A DNA stretch of 64,000 nt from an uncultured Bacilli bacterium (GTDB lineage Bacteria; Bacillota_I; Bacilli_A; RF39; UBA660). Each line of letters begins with the position of its first letter. Within the stretch, counting starts at the first letter, position 1. The notes beneath the pieces were generated by a model. That model made no database searches. It worked only from the letters and a program-made list of their open reading frames with translations, and was not told where the DNA came from. The position numbers and the translations under genes are program-made. Positions 18,022-27,651 of this stretch are shown here, piece after piece. The stretch covers positions 8,549-72,548 of the forward strand of contig CAKOHI010000001.1 of assembly GCA_934085585.1 (NCBI GenBank), written 5' to 3'.

Positions 18022-19647
18022 TTAGTCATTTTCTTCTTCAAGCATTTCATAATGTAATACTATATCTCTATCATAATATGTAATACGCCCACTTGGTAAA
18101 AGTAACATTCTATTAATATTTAAATTATCTACAAAATCTAAATTGTGAGAAACTACTAGCATTGTTCCTTCATAATTTTTAAATGTATCGGAAATTATTA
18201 ATTGTGTCATAGGATCCAAATGGTTGGTTGGTTCATCTAAAAGTAATGTATTTGCACCAGTTAAAGATATTTTGGCTAATGCTACTCGGCTTCTTTCTCC
18301 CGGAGATAAAACATCTACTTTTTTAAAAATATCATCTCCAGAAAATAAGAAATTACCTAACATTCTTCTGATTTCATAATCTGCAAGGCCAAAGTTAGCA
18401 AAATTTTCTAAAATTGTTTTATTTGATTCTAATATTTCATGTTCTTGAGCATAATATGCAATATCTGTTTTTTCTGTAATTTCAATATTTCCATCAAGCG
18501 GAGTTAGATATCCCATTATTAAACGAAGTAAAGTGGTTTTACCTATACCATTTTCTCCTACTACTAAAAGTTTTTCTCCACGTGATAAATCAAATGTTAA
18601 ATTTTCATATAAAAGATTTTCCTCATTATAGCCAAAAGTTAAATTATTGCATTTGATTGGGATACTATAGCTTGGTCTATTTATTTTCATATTAAATTTT
18701 GTGTATTTGTTCTTTTTTTCAAGTTCAACTTTTTCATTTTCTAACTTTTCAAGTTTTTTTATCCTGTCTTTAGCAATGTTAGCTTTTTTTTCATTACCAC
18801 GAATATATTTAGCTATTATATTTTTTAATTTTTCTTCTTCTTTTTGTTGACGTTCATATAATCTTTTCTTGGCTAAATCTCTCTCATTTTTTATTTTTAT
18901 ATATTTTTCATAGTTTCCATTGTAAATTTCTATGTTATGTTTTATTTTATCCACATAAAGTGTTTTTTTGGTTACTTCATTTAGAAAATCAACATCATGT
19001 GATATTACCAAAATGATACCATGATAGTTTTTAAGGTAGTCAATAATATAATCTTTAGTATCCAAATCTAGATGATTAGTTGGTTCATCAAGTAACATTA
19101 TTTCTGGATTCGAATATAAAAGTTTTGCAAAAGCTACTTTAGATTTTTGACCACCAGAAATGTTTTTTAATTTTAAATCAAGTAGGGCATCATCTATTTT
19201 CATGCCACTTATTATTTTAAGAAGATGACTTTCAGCATTATATTCGTCATAGTATTCTAAAAGGTCACTAACATGATTTATTTTTTTATAATATTTTTTT
19301 AATTCATATTCATTTTGAATGTTTGCAATGGTTTCATAAAGATTATTTAATTCTTCTTTTAGTTTTTTTATTGGTCTACCTTCTAGTAAATATTCAAATA
19401 CAGTTTCTTCTTCACTACTTGCTTCATCCATAATAACTTGGGGTAAATATCCAAGACTTATTTTGGTGTTTAATGAAATATTTCCGGAATCTGGTATTAA
19501 GTTACCTAATAATATATTAAATAAAGTTGATTTTCCCGCGCCATTAACACCAATTATACCTACTTTATCATTGTTATTTATTTGAAATGATACATTATCA
19601 AAAATAACTTGAGTTCCAAATGACATACTTAAATTTTCTATTTTCAA
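18022..19647 (-). CDS. ABC-F family ATPase (two ABC domains, no TM domain)
   Basis: Two Walker A motifs (GVNGAGKST, GENGIGKTT), two LSGG-type signatures (ISGGQKS, LSPGERS) and a charged linker. Track start is GTG at 19656. The TTG at 19647 has better SD spacing (AGGAAGTGG). Confidence 0.85.
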   Translation of the reverse strand: MKIENLSMSFGTQVIFDNVSFQINNNDKVGIIGVNGAGKSTLFNILLGNLIPDSGNISLNTKISLGYLPQVIMDEASSEEETVFEYLLEGRPIKKLKEELNNLYETIANIQNEYELKKYYKKINHVSDLLEYYDEYNAESHLLKIISGMKIDDALLDLKLKNISGGQKSKVAFAKLLYSNPEIMLLDEPTNHLDLDTKDYIIDYLKNYHGIILVISHDVDFLNEVTKKTLYVDKIKHNIEIYNGNYEKYIKIKNERDLAKKRLYERQQKEEEKLKNIIAKYIRGNEKKANIAKDRIKKLEKLENEKVELEKKNKYTKFNMKINRPSYSIPIKCNNLTFGYNEENLLYENLTFDLSRGEKLLVVGENGIGKTTLLRLIMGYLTPLDGNIEITEKTDIAYYAQEHEILESNKTILENFANFGLADYEIRRMLGNFLFSGDDIFKKVDVLSPGERSRVALAKISLTGANTLLLDEPTNHLDPMTQLIISDTFKNYEGTMLVVSHNLDFVDNLNINRMLLLPSGRITYYDRDIVLHYEMLEEEND

Positions 19648-19712
19648 ATGTACCACTTCCTTTCTTTTGAAATTATAATAAAATATAAGTAATTAGTCAA
19701 CGAAAAAGTCTG

Positions 19713-20060
19713 CTAGCACTTTAGCAGACTAATTAAAAATAGAATTATTCCAACAAATAAATATATATTTATTAAATTATTAGTTGTCCCATATATTTCA
19801 AGAAATCCTCGCATTAAAGAGTAAATTGTTAAGGTTATTGCCCCAGTTGTATATAAACCCAGATTTAATTTAATTACTTTCCTTGTTTTTAATATTTTTA
19901 AAATTATATCAAATATTAAAGGAATTATAAAAGCATAAGTCATAAATATAGAATATACATTATGAGAAAAAAGATTATAAATTTGGGCAAATATAAATGT
20001 AACTATTATTATAATTAAATATATTTTTTTGTAGTTAGTAACCGATGTATACAATATCAC
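19713..20060 (-). CDS. small polytopic membrane protein (last gene of the VTC operon)
   Basis: 115 aa with 4 hydrophobic segments. Overlaps the upstream gene by 26 nt. A hairpin (agtctgctag...ctagcagact-like) spans its stop. Confidence 0.5.
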   Translation of the reverse strand: MILYTSVTNYKKIYLIIIIVTFIFAQIYNLFSHNVYSIFMTYAFIIPLIFDIILKILKTRKVIKLNLGLYTTGAITLTIYSLMRGFLEIYGTTNNLINIYLFVGIILFLISLLKC

Positions 20061-20895
20061 TTACCATCCTTTCTGCTATCTTTTTACCATTTGTGGTTGG
20101 ATTATTAATAACTTTACCATTAAAATACATTGTATTTGATCCACCGCCATCTAAATTATATAAAGTTTTTACCCCAATAGATTTTGCAAATGTAGCAAGT
20201 TGGTAAAGTGATAAGCCTTTATTTTCATTTGTTCTTCCGTCTGATACAATAAATATATAATGGTTTTCATCTATTATACCAAGTGCTGTTCGTGGATTAC
20301 TAGCCATAGATTTACTAACTTCTTTAGTTTCATTTATGTTAATAACTCCATCAATTAATAGTGCTGGACCAAAAGATAGTACTTGATATGCTCCTTTTTC
20401 TTTTAGTTTTTCAAGGCTAACGTTTTTTTCATTTATTATTTCAAATGTACCATTTTCATATATTACTAAATCTTCTTGATTAGATTTTGGTTTATCTCGA
20501 TATATTTCTCCGTTTCTTAAAACATATCCTGATTCTTGAACTCCATAATAATCTCCATTTATAGCAAGTATGGCATTATTTGCTGAAGCAATACTAGAAG
20601 TTTTACTTGTTACATTTTTTCCATAAGAATTATTAGCAAATGCTGTTTTTAAATAATTACTACTAGCATATATATTTGCTACATACATATTTGTATTATA
20701 TTCTCTGTATGTTGATATATCTATTTTAATGTTTTCATCTTCATAAGAATTATCAGTGTATGTACCATTGTAATTTATTGTACTTATATTATCTACTTTT
20801 TTATAGACTTTTGTTAATACTAATGTGTCTAAAATAACATAAACTGTAAAACTCGTTAACATGATGTAATATATGATTAAAGCTCTTTTTTTCAT
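20035..20895 (-). CDS. phosphodiester glycosidase family protein (NAGPA/DUF2233-like), membrane anchored
   Basis: N-terminal TM. AILAINGDYYG, NPRTALGIID..., SDGRT...GLSLYQLA..., NLDGGGSNTM match the family blocks. Confidence 0.8.
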   Translation of the reverse strand: MKKRALIIYYIMLTSFTVYVILDTLVLTKVYKKVDNISTINYNGTYTDNSYEDENIKIDISTYREYNTNMYVANIYASSNYLKTAFANNSYGKNVTSKTSSIASANNAILAINGDYYGVQESGYVLRNGEIYRDKPKSNQEDLVIYENGTFEIINEKNVSLEKLKEKGAYQVLSFGPALLIDGVININETKEVSKSMASNPRTALGIIDENHYIFIVSDGRTNENKGLSLYQLATFAKSIGVKTLYNLDGGGSNTMYFNGKVINNPTTNGKKIAERMVSDIVYIGY

Positions 20896-22445
20896 TATCT
20901 TCTTGGTCCACCTTGATTATTAGGTCTACCTGATGGATTACGGCTAGATGTTTCAGCTGTTGTAGAAATGTTATTAATTGTAATAACTTGTACTGATACG
21001 CCATTAATTTTTATTGTGTAAGTTTCTCCATCTTTTAAAGATTTGCTACTATAACATAATGATGAAAATGATTTTTTAGCAGTGTAAGAAAAAACTTCCT
21101 TATTTGAACTATCAACAATGGAAATTACATCATTTGAATTATATGTATTACTAAAATTGACTAAAATACCATATTGAGTTGAAGTGTTTGAAATTCCTTG
21201 TGCCATACCACTTGAACCAACTGCTACTAATGTACCACCAGATATAATTAATTCTTTATCATAATCCAATGCACCATCACCATTACTAGTTGGTCCATCG
21301 ACATATACCGAACCTCCATAAATATAAATACTTCCATTTGCATCTAATCCGTCACCGGAAGCATTAACACTTATATCTCCGCCATTTATTGTTAATGTTG
21401 CTGTTGTATTTGTTTTCCCAGTGGCATTTATTCCATCATCACTTGCAAATATGTTGATAACTCCATTGTTAATAACTATATTTTGAGCTTCTAAACCTTC
21501 GTAAGATTTGTTAATAACTATATTACCATCTTCAATTATAAGTTCATTATCAGCGTGAATACCGTCATCTTTCGGATATATTTCAAAATTTCCATTATTT
21601 ATTTTTATATTATTATTTGAATGAATTGCATCATCTGTTGTATTTATATTAAATTTGCCTCCGTTTATTAAAATAAGATTAGATGATTTTATTCCTTTGG
21701 CACTATCACTTTCATTTGTACTTGTCGTTGTTATATTAAATGTACCTCCATCAATTTTAACATAACCTTTTGTAGTATCAGTTTCATTTGTGGATTTTAT
21801 CGCATCACATACACTAGTAATTGTAATATTTCCATCTTTTATATATACAGAGTCTTTTCCACGTATACCATCATCTTTTGCATTAATTATATATGTTCCA
21901 CTATTAATGAGAAGATCATCTTTAGAAACAAGTGAATCACCTTTATTACCATTTAATATTAATGTTCCAGTTCCTTCTAAAACTAAATCATCTTTACTAA
22001 AAATAGCTCCTTCAATTCCGTCATCAAATCCAGTATAAGTACTTGAATCACTTAAAGTATTGGTTGTACCTTCCATTGTACTTATTATCACATTATCAGC
22101 ATTTTTAACATATATTGCTGGACCATTATCACTAGTTATGGTTACACTATTTAATATAAGTTTGACATTTGCATTTGTATTAATTGTAATATTTCCAGTT
22201 AAGGTTCCGTTTAAAGTATAAACTCCAGGATTTGTAATTGTTAAAGATTCACTTAATTCAATATTTTTTTCTTCATAATTATCCCAGTTTATATCATCAC
22301 TCGAAGTATCAATGTTTATACTAGTTTCTATATCAATTATATTACTATTTTTATTTTTGTAGAAATAATATAATAAAATACCTAGGATAATAACTAAAAC
22401 TATTGGTATAACTATCCACAATTTCTTTTTATAGGTCACATCCAT
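20895..22445 (-). CDS. Cthe_2159-type carbohydrate-binding beta-helix protein, N-terminal TM anchor
   Basis: VYTLNGTLTGNITIN...VKLILNSVTITSDNGPAIYVKNADNV...GAIFSKDDL. Then periodic (D/G)D(G/A)I(R/H/K/N) turns: DDGIRGKD, CDAIKSTN, DDAIHSNN, DDGIHADN, DDGINATG, GDGLDANG. Confidence 0.8.
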   Translation of the reverse strand: MDVTYKKKLWIVIPIVLVIILGILLYYFYKNKNSNIIDIETSINIDTSSDDINWDNYEEKNIELSESLTITNPGVYTLNGTLTGNITINTNANVKLILNSVTITSDNGPAIYVKNADNVIISTMEGTTNTLSDSSTYTGFDDGIEGAIFSKDDLVLEGTGTLILNGNKGDSLVSKDDLLINSGTYIINAKDDGIRGKDSVYIKDGNITITSVCDAIKSTNETDTTKGYVKIDGGTFNITTTSTNESDSAKGIKSSNLILINGGKFNINTTDDAIHSNNNIKINNGNFEIYPKDDGIHADNELIIEDGNIVINKSYEGLEAQNIVINNGVINIFASDDGINATGKTNTTATLTINGGDISVNASGDGLDANGSIYIYGGSVYVDGPTSNGDGALDYDKELIISGGTLVAVGSSGMAQGISNTSTQYGILVNFSNTYNSNDVISIVDSSNKEVFSYTAKKSFSSLCYSSKSLKDGETYTIKINGVSVQVITINNISTTAETSSRNPSGRPNNQGGPRR

Positions 22446-23103
22446 CTTCTTCTCTTTCTAGAACAATTTTTAAATTGCCATTTCTTGTTCTTAATTTATC
22501 TATAAATTCTTTTTCAGATATTTCTTTTTTAATATTTACCTTATAACTTAATTCAAACATACTTCCCATGTTAGTTGTTTTAGTTTTTTCTAATATAGCC
22601 TTATTTGTACATTCATTAAATATATCTTCAAAAACATTATCGTACTCTAAATTTTCTGGTATTAATATTTTTAATTTTTTTTCTCCTTTTTCTTTTTCAA
22701 AAATATTAACTTTATTTAATAACAATAATAGTAAACATCCAATAACAGTTAAAATAATTGCAAACCATATTTGACCCATGCCACAAGATAAACCTACAGC
22801 CATAGCAAAGAACACTATTAATATTTCTTTTGATGTACCTGGTATACTTCTAAATCTTACTAAACTAAATGCTCCCATTATGGCTACAGATGTGCCTAAA
22901 TTGCCATTTACCATTAACATTACTGCTTCCACTAATATTGGTAAAAGTGATACAGTTATTAAAAAATTCTTGCTATATCTAGATGTTTTTTTATGTGTTA
23001 AAGCTATAATAAAACCTAATATTATAGCTATGATCATACTAATTAATACTTCAGTTAAACCAATAGAACTGGAAGCACTTGATCCAAAAATACTGTTAAG
23101 CAT
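22429..23103 (-). CDS. DUF4956 family membrane protein
   Basis: Four TM segments with GAFSLVRFRSIPGTSKEILIVFFAMAVGLSCGMG, the family's conserved core, plus a soluble C-terminal domain. Overlaps both neighbouring genes. Confidence 0.75.
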   Translation of the reverse strand: MLNSIFGSSASSSIGLTEVLISMIIAIILGFIIALTHKKTSRYSKNFLITVSLLPILVEAVMLMVNGNLGTSVAIMGAFSLVRFRSIPGTSKEILIVFFAMAVGLSCGMGQIWFAIILTVIGCLLLLLLNKVNIFEKEKGEKKLKILIPENLEYDNVFEDIFNECTNKAILEKTKTTNMGSMFELSYKVNIKKEISEKEFIDKLRTRNGNLKIVLEREEDGCDL

Positions 23104-23788
23104 TTTTCACCATCTCCTTCATTTCACGCTCATATATTTTTCCGTATTTTGAAAAACTAGTTGGGTATATCTCTAGTTTTGATAAACTTCTTGCAAGCCA
23201 TAACGGTAAAGCCCCGATAGTTTTAATTTCCATTATGTAGTAATCTTCATTAAAGTATTTCTTCATTTTTATTTCTTTAAAATTTAAATCATTTCTTCGG
23301 CTTCTTAAATTACTATCAAACGTTATTCTTAAATTGCTATCTTCTTTACCTTTATAACTTTCTCTGTCATAAGCAATATATATTGCCTTTTGTAAATTAT
23401 AAAATTTGTAATAATATATTATTTCTTTTAATATTTTATTATCTGTTTCTTTATTATTTTCTAAATAGTCATCTATTTCATTTAATTTTACCTTTATTCT
23501 TCTTTTACCTACCACTCCTTTATATTTTGTTTTCATTTCTAGAAATACATAATCATTATATTTTGGTATACCATAACTTCTTATTCTAAATTTATCCTTA
23601 TATATTGGCTTTTCTAATGAATTAATTATTAAATCATTATTTTTGGTGTCAAAGTAAATATTATGTATTTCACTTTTAAAATACTCATCTTCTTTAATAT
23701 AACTATTTATTATTTTTAATAATTTTTCTTTATCTTCCTTTGTTATTACATATTTTTCTTCCACTCTTTGAAAGTTATTTATGTACAT
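23096..23788 (-). CDS. VTC-domain (polyphosphate polymerase-like, triphosphate tunnel) protein
   Basis: EEKY..., IHNIYFDT, FRIRSY, FLEMKTKYKGVVGKRRI, YIAYDRESY, RITFDSNLR, YIMEIKT match the beta-barrel strands of the VTC/CYTH tunnel fold. AAAGGAGG RBS. Confidence 0.8.
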   Translation of the reverse strand: MYINNFQRVEEKYVITKEDKEKLLKIINSYIKEDEYFKSEIHNIYFDTKNNDLIINSLEKPIYKDKFRIRSYGIPKYNDYVFLEMKTKYKGVVGKRRIKVKLNEIDDYLENNKETDNKILKEIIYYYKFYNLQKAIYIAYDRESYKGKEDSNLRITFDSNLRSRRNDLNFKEIKMKKYFNEDYYIMEIKTIGALPLWLARSLSKLEIYPTSFSKYGKIYEREMKEMVKNA

Positions 23789-23979
23789 GAATTCCTCCTT
23801 TCATGGTTTCATTGTATGTTATAAAAATTAAATGAAAGTTAAATATCTGATTAAATAATAATACATTAAAAAAGATAATATTTTTAAAAACATTATCTTT
23901 CAAATCGTAAAACATAACTTCAAAATTAATTGCTATTATTAGTAACATAATATTTCATAATTCGATATGTGTTTTATTA

Positions 23980-26187
23980 TTATTTTAAATTTTTTTCTAA
24001 TATTTTATTTAAAGCTTCGTTTCCTTTTTCTGTTAAATGAATACCATCTGCCATAACATAATCTTTATTTTTTTGTATTTTTCCGTAAAAATTAATTATA
24101 GTAACATTATCATAATTTCCTAAACTATCTAATGGTTTTCCACTTGATAATATATATATTTTGCTATCTTTACATAACTCTATTAATTCTTGATATTCTT
24201 TTGTAGAAATAACTGTTGAATTATCGAATGCAAGCACTATTTCATTTGATAAAGTATTTTCTTTTAATGATTTTTCTATACTTTCTTTTAAATCTTTGTA
24301 ACTAAAATCTTTATTTACTACAAATCTAGCATCACTAAAGTTAGTTTGTAATTTTTCAAAATCATAGAATAATATATCATTTCCATAAAAAGTCATTTTC
24401 TTCTTTAATTCTTCTTGATGCTCTCTAATCAACTCTTCTTTTTTTATTTTAAATTGATCTTTATAAACATCTAAAATTGCATTATATACAATATTCGTAT
24501 ATTCTTTTCTTCCAGTTGGTGGTAAATGTATTCCATCAGCATAGAACCAATCACTGTGTCCTTTTGATAAACTATACCAATCAATTACATGTAAATTGCT
24601 ATACTTTTCTGATAGTTCATTTATGGAATCATTAACATAAGTATAATTTGTTGTATTTATCCAAAATACTGTTCGATCTGTTAATAAATCCATTATTTTT
24701 TCTTTACAATTATTTTTACAATCTCCATTTGTACCAAGATGGATTACTACAGGATCTCCAAGTTTTTTGGAATTTTTTAATTCTTCTATTAATGTGTATC
24801 CTACATATGTTGATCTTGATTCTTTTGAATCAAAATAACTATTTGGAAATGCTTTTTTCAAATTATTCATTGCTCCGAGCATTACTGAATCTCCGATAAA
24901 AGTTACAGGCAATTCTGATGTCATTTGTTCATAATTGCTAGAATCTTCTAATTTTTCTAGTTCTTTTGTCCAATCTTCTTCCTCTTTTTGTTCTAGAATT
25001 TTATATTCAGCTTGCTTTTCTAACATTATTTTTTCATTTTCTGCTAATTCAAGTTCTAATTTTTTCATTTCTTTTTCATGAGATTTGGTAGTAATATATT
25101 TAAAGCCTCCGAATAAAGATAAAATTACAACTGCAATTAATAATATTTTTCTTATTTTTTTCATATTTTCCCTCTTATTTACTATAAAATGTATTATGTA
25201 TGAAATAATTACCACTATAATTATTATTAATGGAGTTTTAAAATAATGATTAATATTTATATATTGAAATAAAAATATAACTGGATATTGTACTAAATAT
25301 ATTTCATAACTAATACTTGATATACTTTTTATAATTTTATCAAATCTATTTAATGGTTTATTATTTACTGTTGCATAATCAATTAATCGACATGATATTA
25401 ATGTTACTAAAATCATGCTTAATACAAAGAATTTGGACGTTGATTTTACAAAAATAAATAAAATGATCATTATTATTAAATATAATACATATATTATGTG
25501 ACGTAATGGTTTTTTCTTTACTTTTTCTGGCACTAATGGTTTGTAATATGAATGAATAAATCCTAGTGATAAGCCAAATAGTATGGAGTAAACTCTAGCA
25601 AAAGTGTTATAATACGCATTCATTAAATTTGCACTTAGACTACATTTATAAAAGTAAGCAGTTCCAATAATTGCCAAAAATAAAGATATGGCACAAGGAA
25701 AAGCTTTGTTTACTTTGTCACCAAGTTTTTTTAATCCTTTAAAAATAAAAGGAAATACAATATCAAATTGTAATAAAATTGCTATATACCATAAGTGCAT
25801 AAATGGAGAATCAACATGTCTTGCAAAATAATCTAAATTTGCACTGATTTGCCAAAAATTATTATACCCAAGTAATATTGACGTTGTTTCATTTTTTAAA
25901 CTTAACCAATATATATTATTAAACATTGAAACCACAGCAATTGATATAAAAACTACTATAAGTAAAGGGACATAAAGTTTTAAAAATCTATTTTTATAGT
26001 ATTCTTTATACGAAAAATTTTTCTTTTTAAAACTAGATATACAAGATAAATAGCCACTTAAAACAAAAAAGGTACAAACAGCTAAATATCCGCCCTTTAG
26101 TATTCCTATATGATATAATAATACTGCTATACAGCATATAACTCTTATTAAATCTAACTCTTTATAATATTGTTTTTTTACTTTCAT
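23980..26187 (-). CDS. OatA-like O-acetyltransferase (acyltransferase-3 membrane domain plus SGNH domains)
   Basis: N-terminal polytopic acyltransferase-3 region (LDLIRVICCIAVLLYH...). C-terminal FIGDSVM...DGIHL and a second ...ADGIHLTEKGN. I prefer the start at 26187 (MKVKKQYY). Confidence 0.8.
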   Translation of the reverse strand: MKVKKQYYKELDLIRVICCIAVLLYHIGILKGGYLAVCTFFVLSGYLSCISSFKKKNFSYKEYYKNRFLKLYVPLLIVVFISIAVVSMFNNIYWLSLKNETTSILLGYNNFWQISANLDYFARHVDSPFMHLWYIAILLQFDIVFPFIFKGLKKLGDKVNKAFPCAISLFLAIIGTAYFYKCSLSANLMNAYYNTFARVYSILFGLSLGFIHSYYKPLVPEKVKKKPLRHIIYVLYLIIMIILFIFVKSTSKFFVLSMILVTLISCRLIDYATVNNKPLNRFDKIIKSISSISYEIYLVQYPVIFLFQYININHYFKTPLIIIIVVIISYIIHFIVNKRENMKKIRKILLIAVVILSLFGGFKYITTKSHEKEMKKLELELAENEKIMLEKQAEYKILEQKEEEDWTKELEKLEDSSNYEQMTSELPVTFIGDSVMLGAMNNLKKAFPNSYFDSKESRSTYVGYTLIEELKNSKKLGDPVVIHLGTNGDCKNNCKEKIMDLLTDRTVFWINTTNYTYVNDSINELSEKYSNLHVIDWYSLSKGHSDWFYADGIHLPPTGRKEYTNIVYNAILDVYKDQFKIKKEELIREHQEELKKKMTFYGNDILFYDFEKLQTNFSDARFVVNKDFSYKDLKESIEKSLKENTLSNEIVLAFDNSTVISTKEYQELIELCKDSKIYILSSGKPLDSLGNYDNVTIINFYGKIQKNKDYVMADGIHLTEKGNEALNKILEKNLK

Positions 26188-26287
26188 TATAACACCCCGA
26201 CACAAATCTATTTTTAACGTATTCATTATATCACGGAAACTCTTATTTAATAAAGATTTTTAATGGCATTTGACATTAGTTTATTAA

Positions 26288-26794
26288 TTATTTTTCTCTT
26301 TTTAAAATTTGATTCTTTTCTTCAAAAATATGATTTAAGCAAACGTTTTCATTTTTATAAATTGAAGACAAATTTATTAATGTCATTTTTGCCTCTCCGA
26401 CACTTGATACCACTATATCTAGAGGTTTTAATTTTGCAAGTAGAACTGGATTTTCTACTTCATTTTTATAAAAAACCCATCCATCTTCTGGCTTCATTTC
26501 TAAAAGATCTTTATAGTCTAGCCCTTCTGAATAACTCACTAACATTTTAGAATCATCAATTTCTTTAAGTGTTGATGTTGATCCAATAAAAATCCTAAAC
26601 CATGAGCAAGCATTATTTGTGTTTAAATCAACAATTAAAGTATCCAATTCTAAAAGATTTGATGGTAATTCTATCTCACTTAAATCTTGTTCTAGATTTA
26701 CAACTAATGGGCTATTTTCTTTTGTTTTTACAGAGTCAAACCCTAAACTATATTTATTAATTACTATTACTTTATATTTTTCATTATTTTTCAT
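26288..26794 (-). CDS. hypothetical protein (168 aa, no recognisable motif)
   Basis: Strong RBS (GGGAGGAAAAGG). Soluble and acidic. First gene of the accessory island when read from the OatA side. Confidence 0.5.
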   Translation of the reverse strand: MKNNEKYKVIVINKYSLGFDSVKTKENSPLVVNLEQDLSEIELPSNLLELDTLIVDLNTNNACSWFRIFIGSTSTLKEIDDSKMLVSYSEGLDYKDLLEMKPEDGWVFYKNEVENPVLLAKLKPLDIVVSSVGEAKMTLINLSSIYKNENVCLNHIFEEKNQILKREK

Positions 26795-26894
26795 ATCCTT
26801 TTCCTCCCTGTTATTAATTCTATTTTTAAATACATATTTTATTTTACATAAATATTATAGTTTAGTCAATGAAAATAGACTTTTTTTGGTCTAT

Positions 26895-27577
26895 TTAAAA
26901 TATTTTTACAAGATTTAATATTGCATTTGTACTTACATCAAACTCAATCGTAGTATTTGAAGTTGTTCTTACACAAAGTTGTATAATATCATTTTCCAAT
27001 AAGGGAGATATTATTGTATTACTATATCTATTTATTGCTGTTCCTTCCCAGTAAGAATTAGTATTTGATGCTGGTGATATTTGTAAAATATCCCTTACCA
27101 TTGGTTTTCCACTAAATAAATATGATTTAAATAAATTCCACTTTCTTTTATAACAATTGAATCGATTGTGTTTAAATCAACATTTACAAAAGATCCTTTA
27201 TCTGCTAAATTGTTGTTTCTGTTCCATCTATAGTTATAACTTCGCTTATACTTATTTCGCCCGGAAAATCTTGAAGTCCAATTGGACCACGATCTTCTTT
27301 ATCTCCTTTTTCACCTTTAGGCCCTTGAATTCCATTTGGTATATGAACCTTTAAAACCGCATCTTCTTTTGTACCAATATTTTCAACAAAAGCATTTTCT
27401 GTTGAACCAAGAGTTATTGTTTCACCAATTCTAATCGTTGCTGGTCCTGGGATCTCCCTTATCTCCCTTGGTACCTGTTGGTCCTTCAACATAAAAGTAT
27501 TTTAAGTTCTTATTTGCTTCTTCAACTAGTCGTTTTGCTTTACTGCAATTGTCATTGAAATTACAATTTTTATTCAT
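26895..27577 (-). pseudogene. collagen-like / BclA-C1q-like surface protein, decayed (at least 3 frame breaks)
   Basis: ATG at 27577 (GAAGGAAG RBS) gives ...YVEGPTGTKGDKGDP, then a stop. Shifting frame at a C3 run (about 27449-27451) gives GPATIRIGETITLG...GIQGPKGEKGDKEDRGPIGLQ. Two more shifts lead into a C-terminal jelly-roll-like domain ending ...AILNLVKIF. Confidence 0.6.
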
Positions 27578-27620
27578 GTTTGCAAACTTCCTTCTTTATG
27601 GTTTATGTTTGCATTAAAAA

Positions 27621-27646
27621 TGTTGATAACCTAATCGTTATCAACA
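27621..27646 (-). terminator. conserved palindrome family member a (TGTTGATAAC-ctaatc-GTTATCAACA)
   Basis: Lies 6 nt after the stop of the lipoprotein gene. The A5 on the plus side gives a U-tract on the minus strand. Confidence 0.65.
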
Positions 27647-27651
27647 TAATT

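Noticed and set aside
20801-21004. 67-aa minus-strand ORF overlapping the junction of the Cthe_2159-like and phosphodiester glycosidase genes
   Set aside because: It is an alternative frame across two well-supported, directly abutting genes, with no independent signals.
27637-27646. GTTATCAACA arms as DnaA boxes (TTATCAACA versus consensus TTATCCACA), that is, a replication-origin-like cluster
   Set aside because: The boxes occur strictly as inverted pairs with a 6-nt loop and a U-tract, placed right after stop codons. No dnaA or dnaN gene and no AT-rich unwinding element accompanies them. Terminator or REP-like hairpins explain them better.
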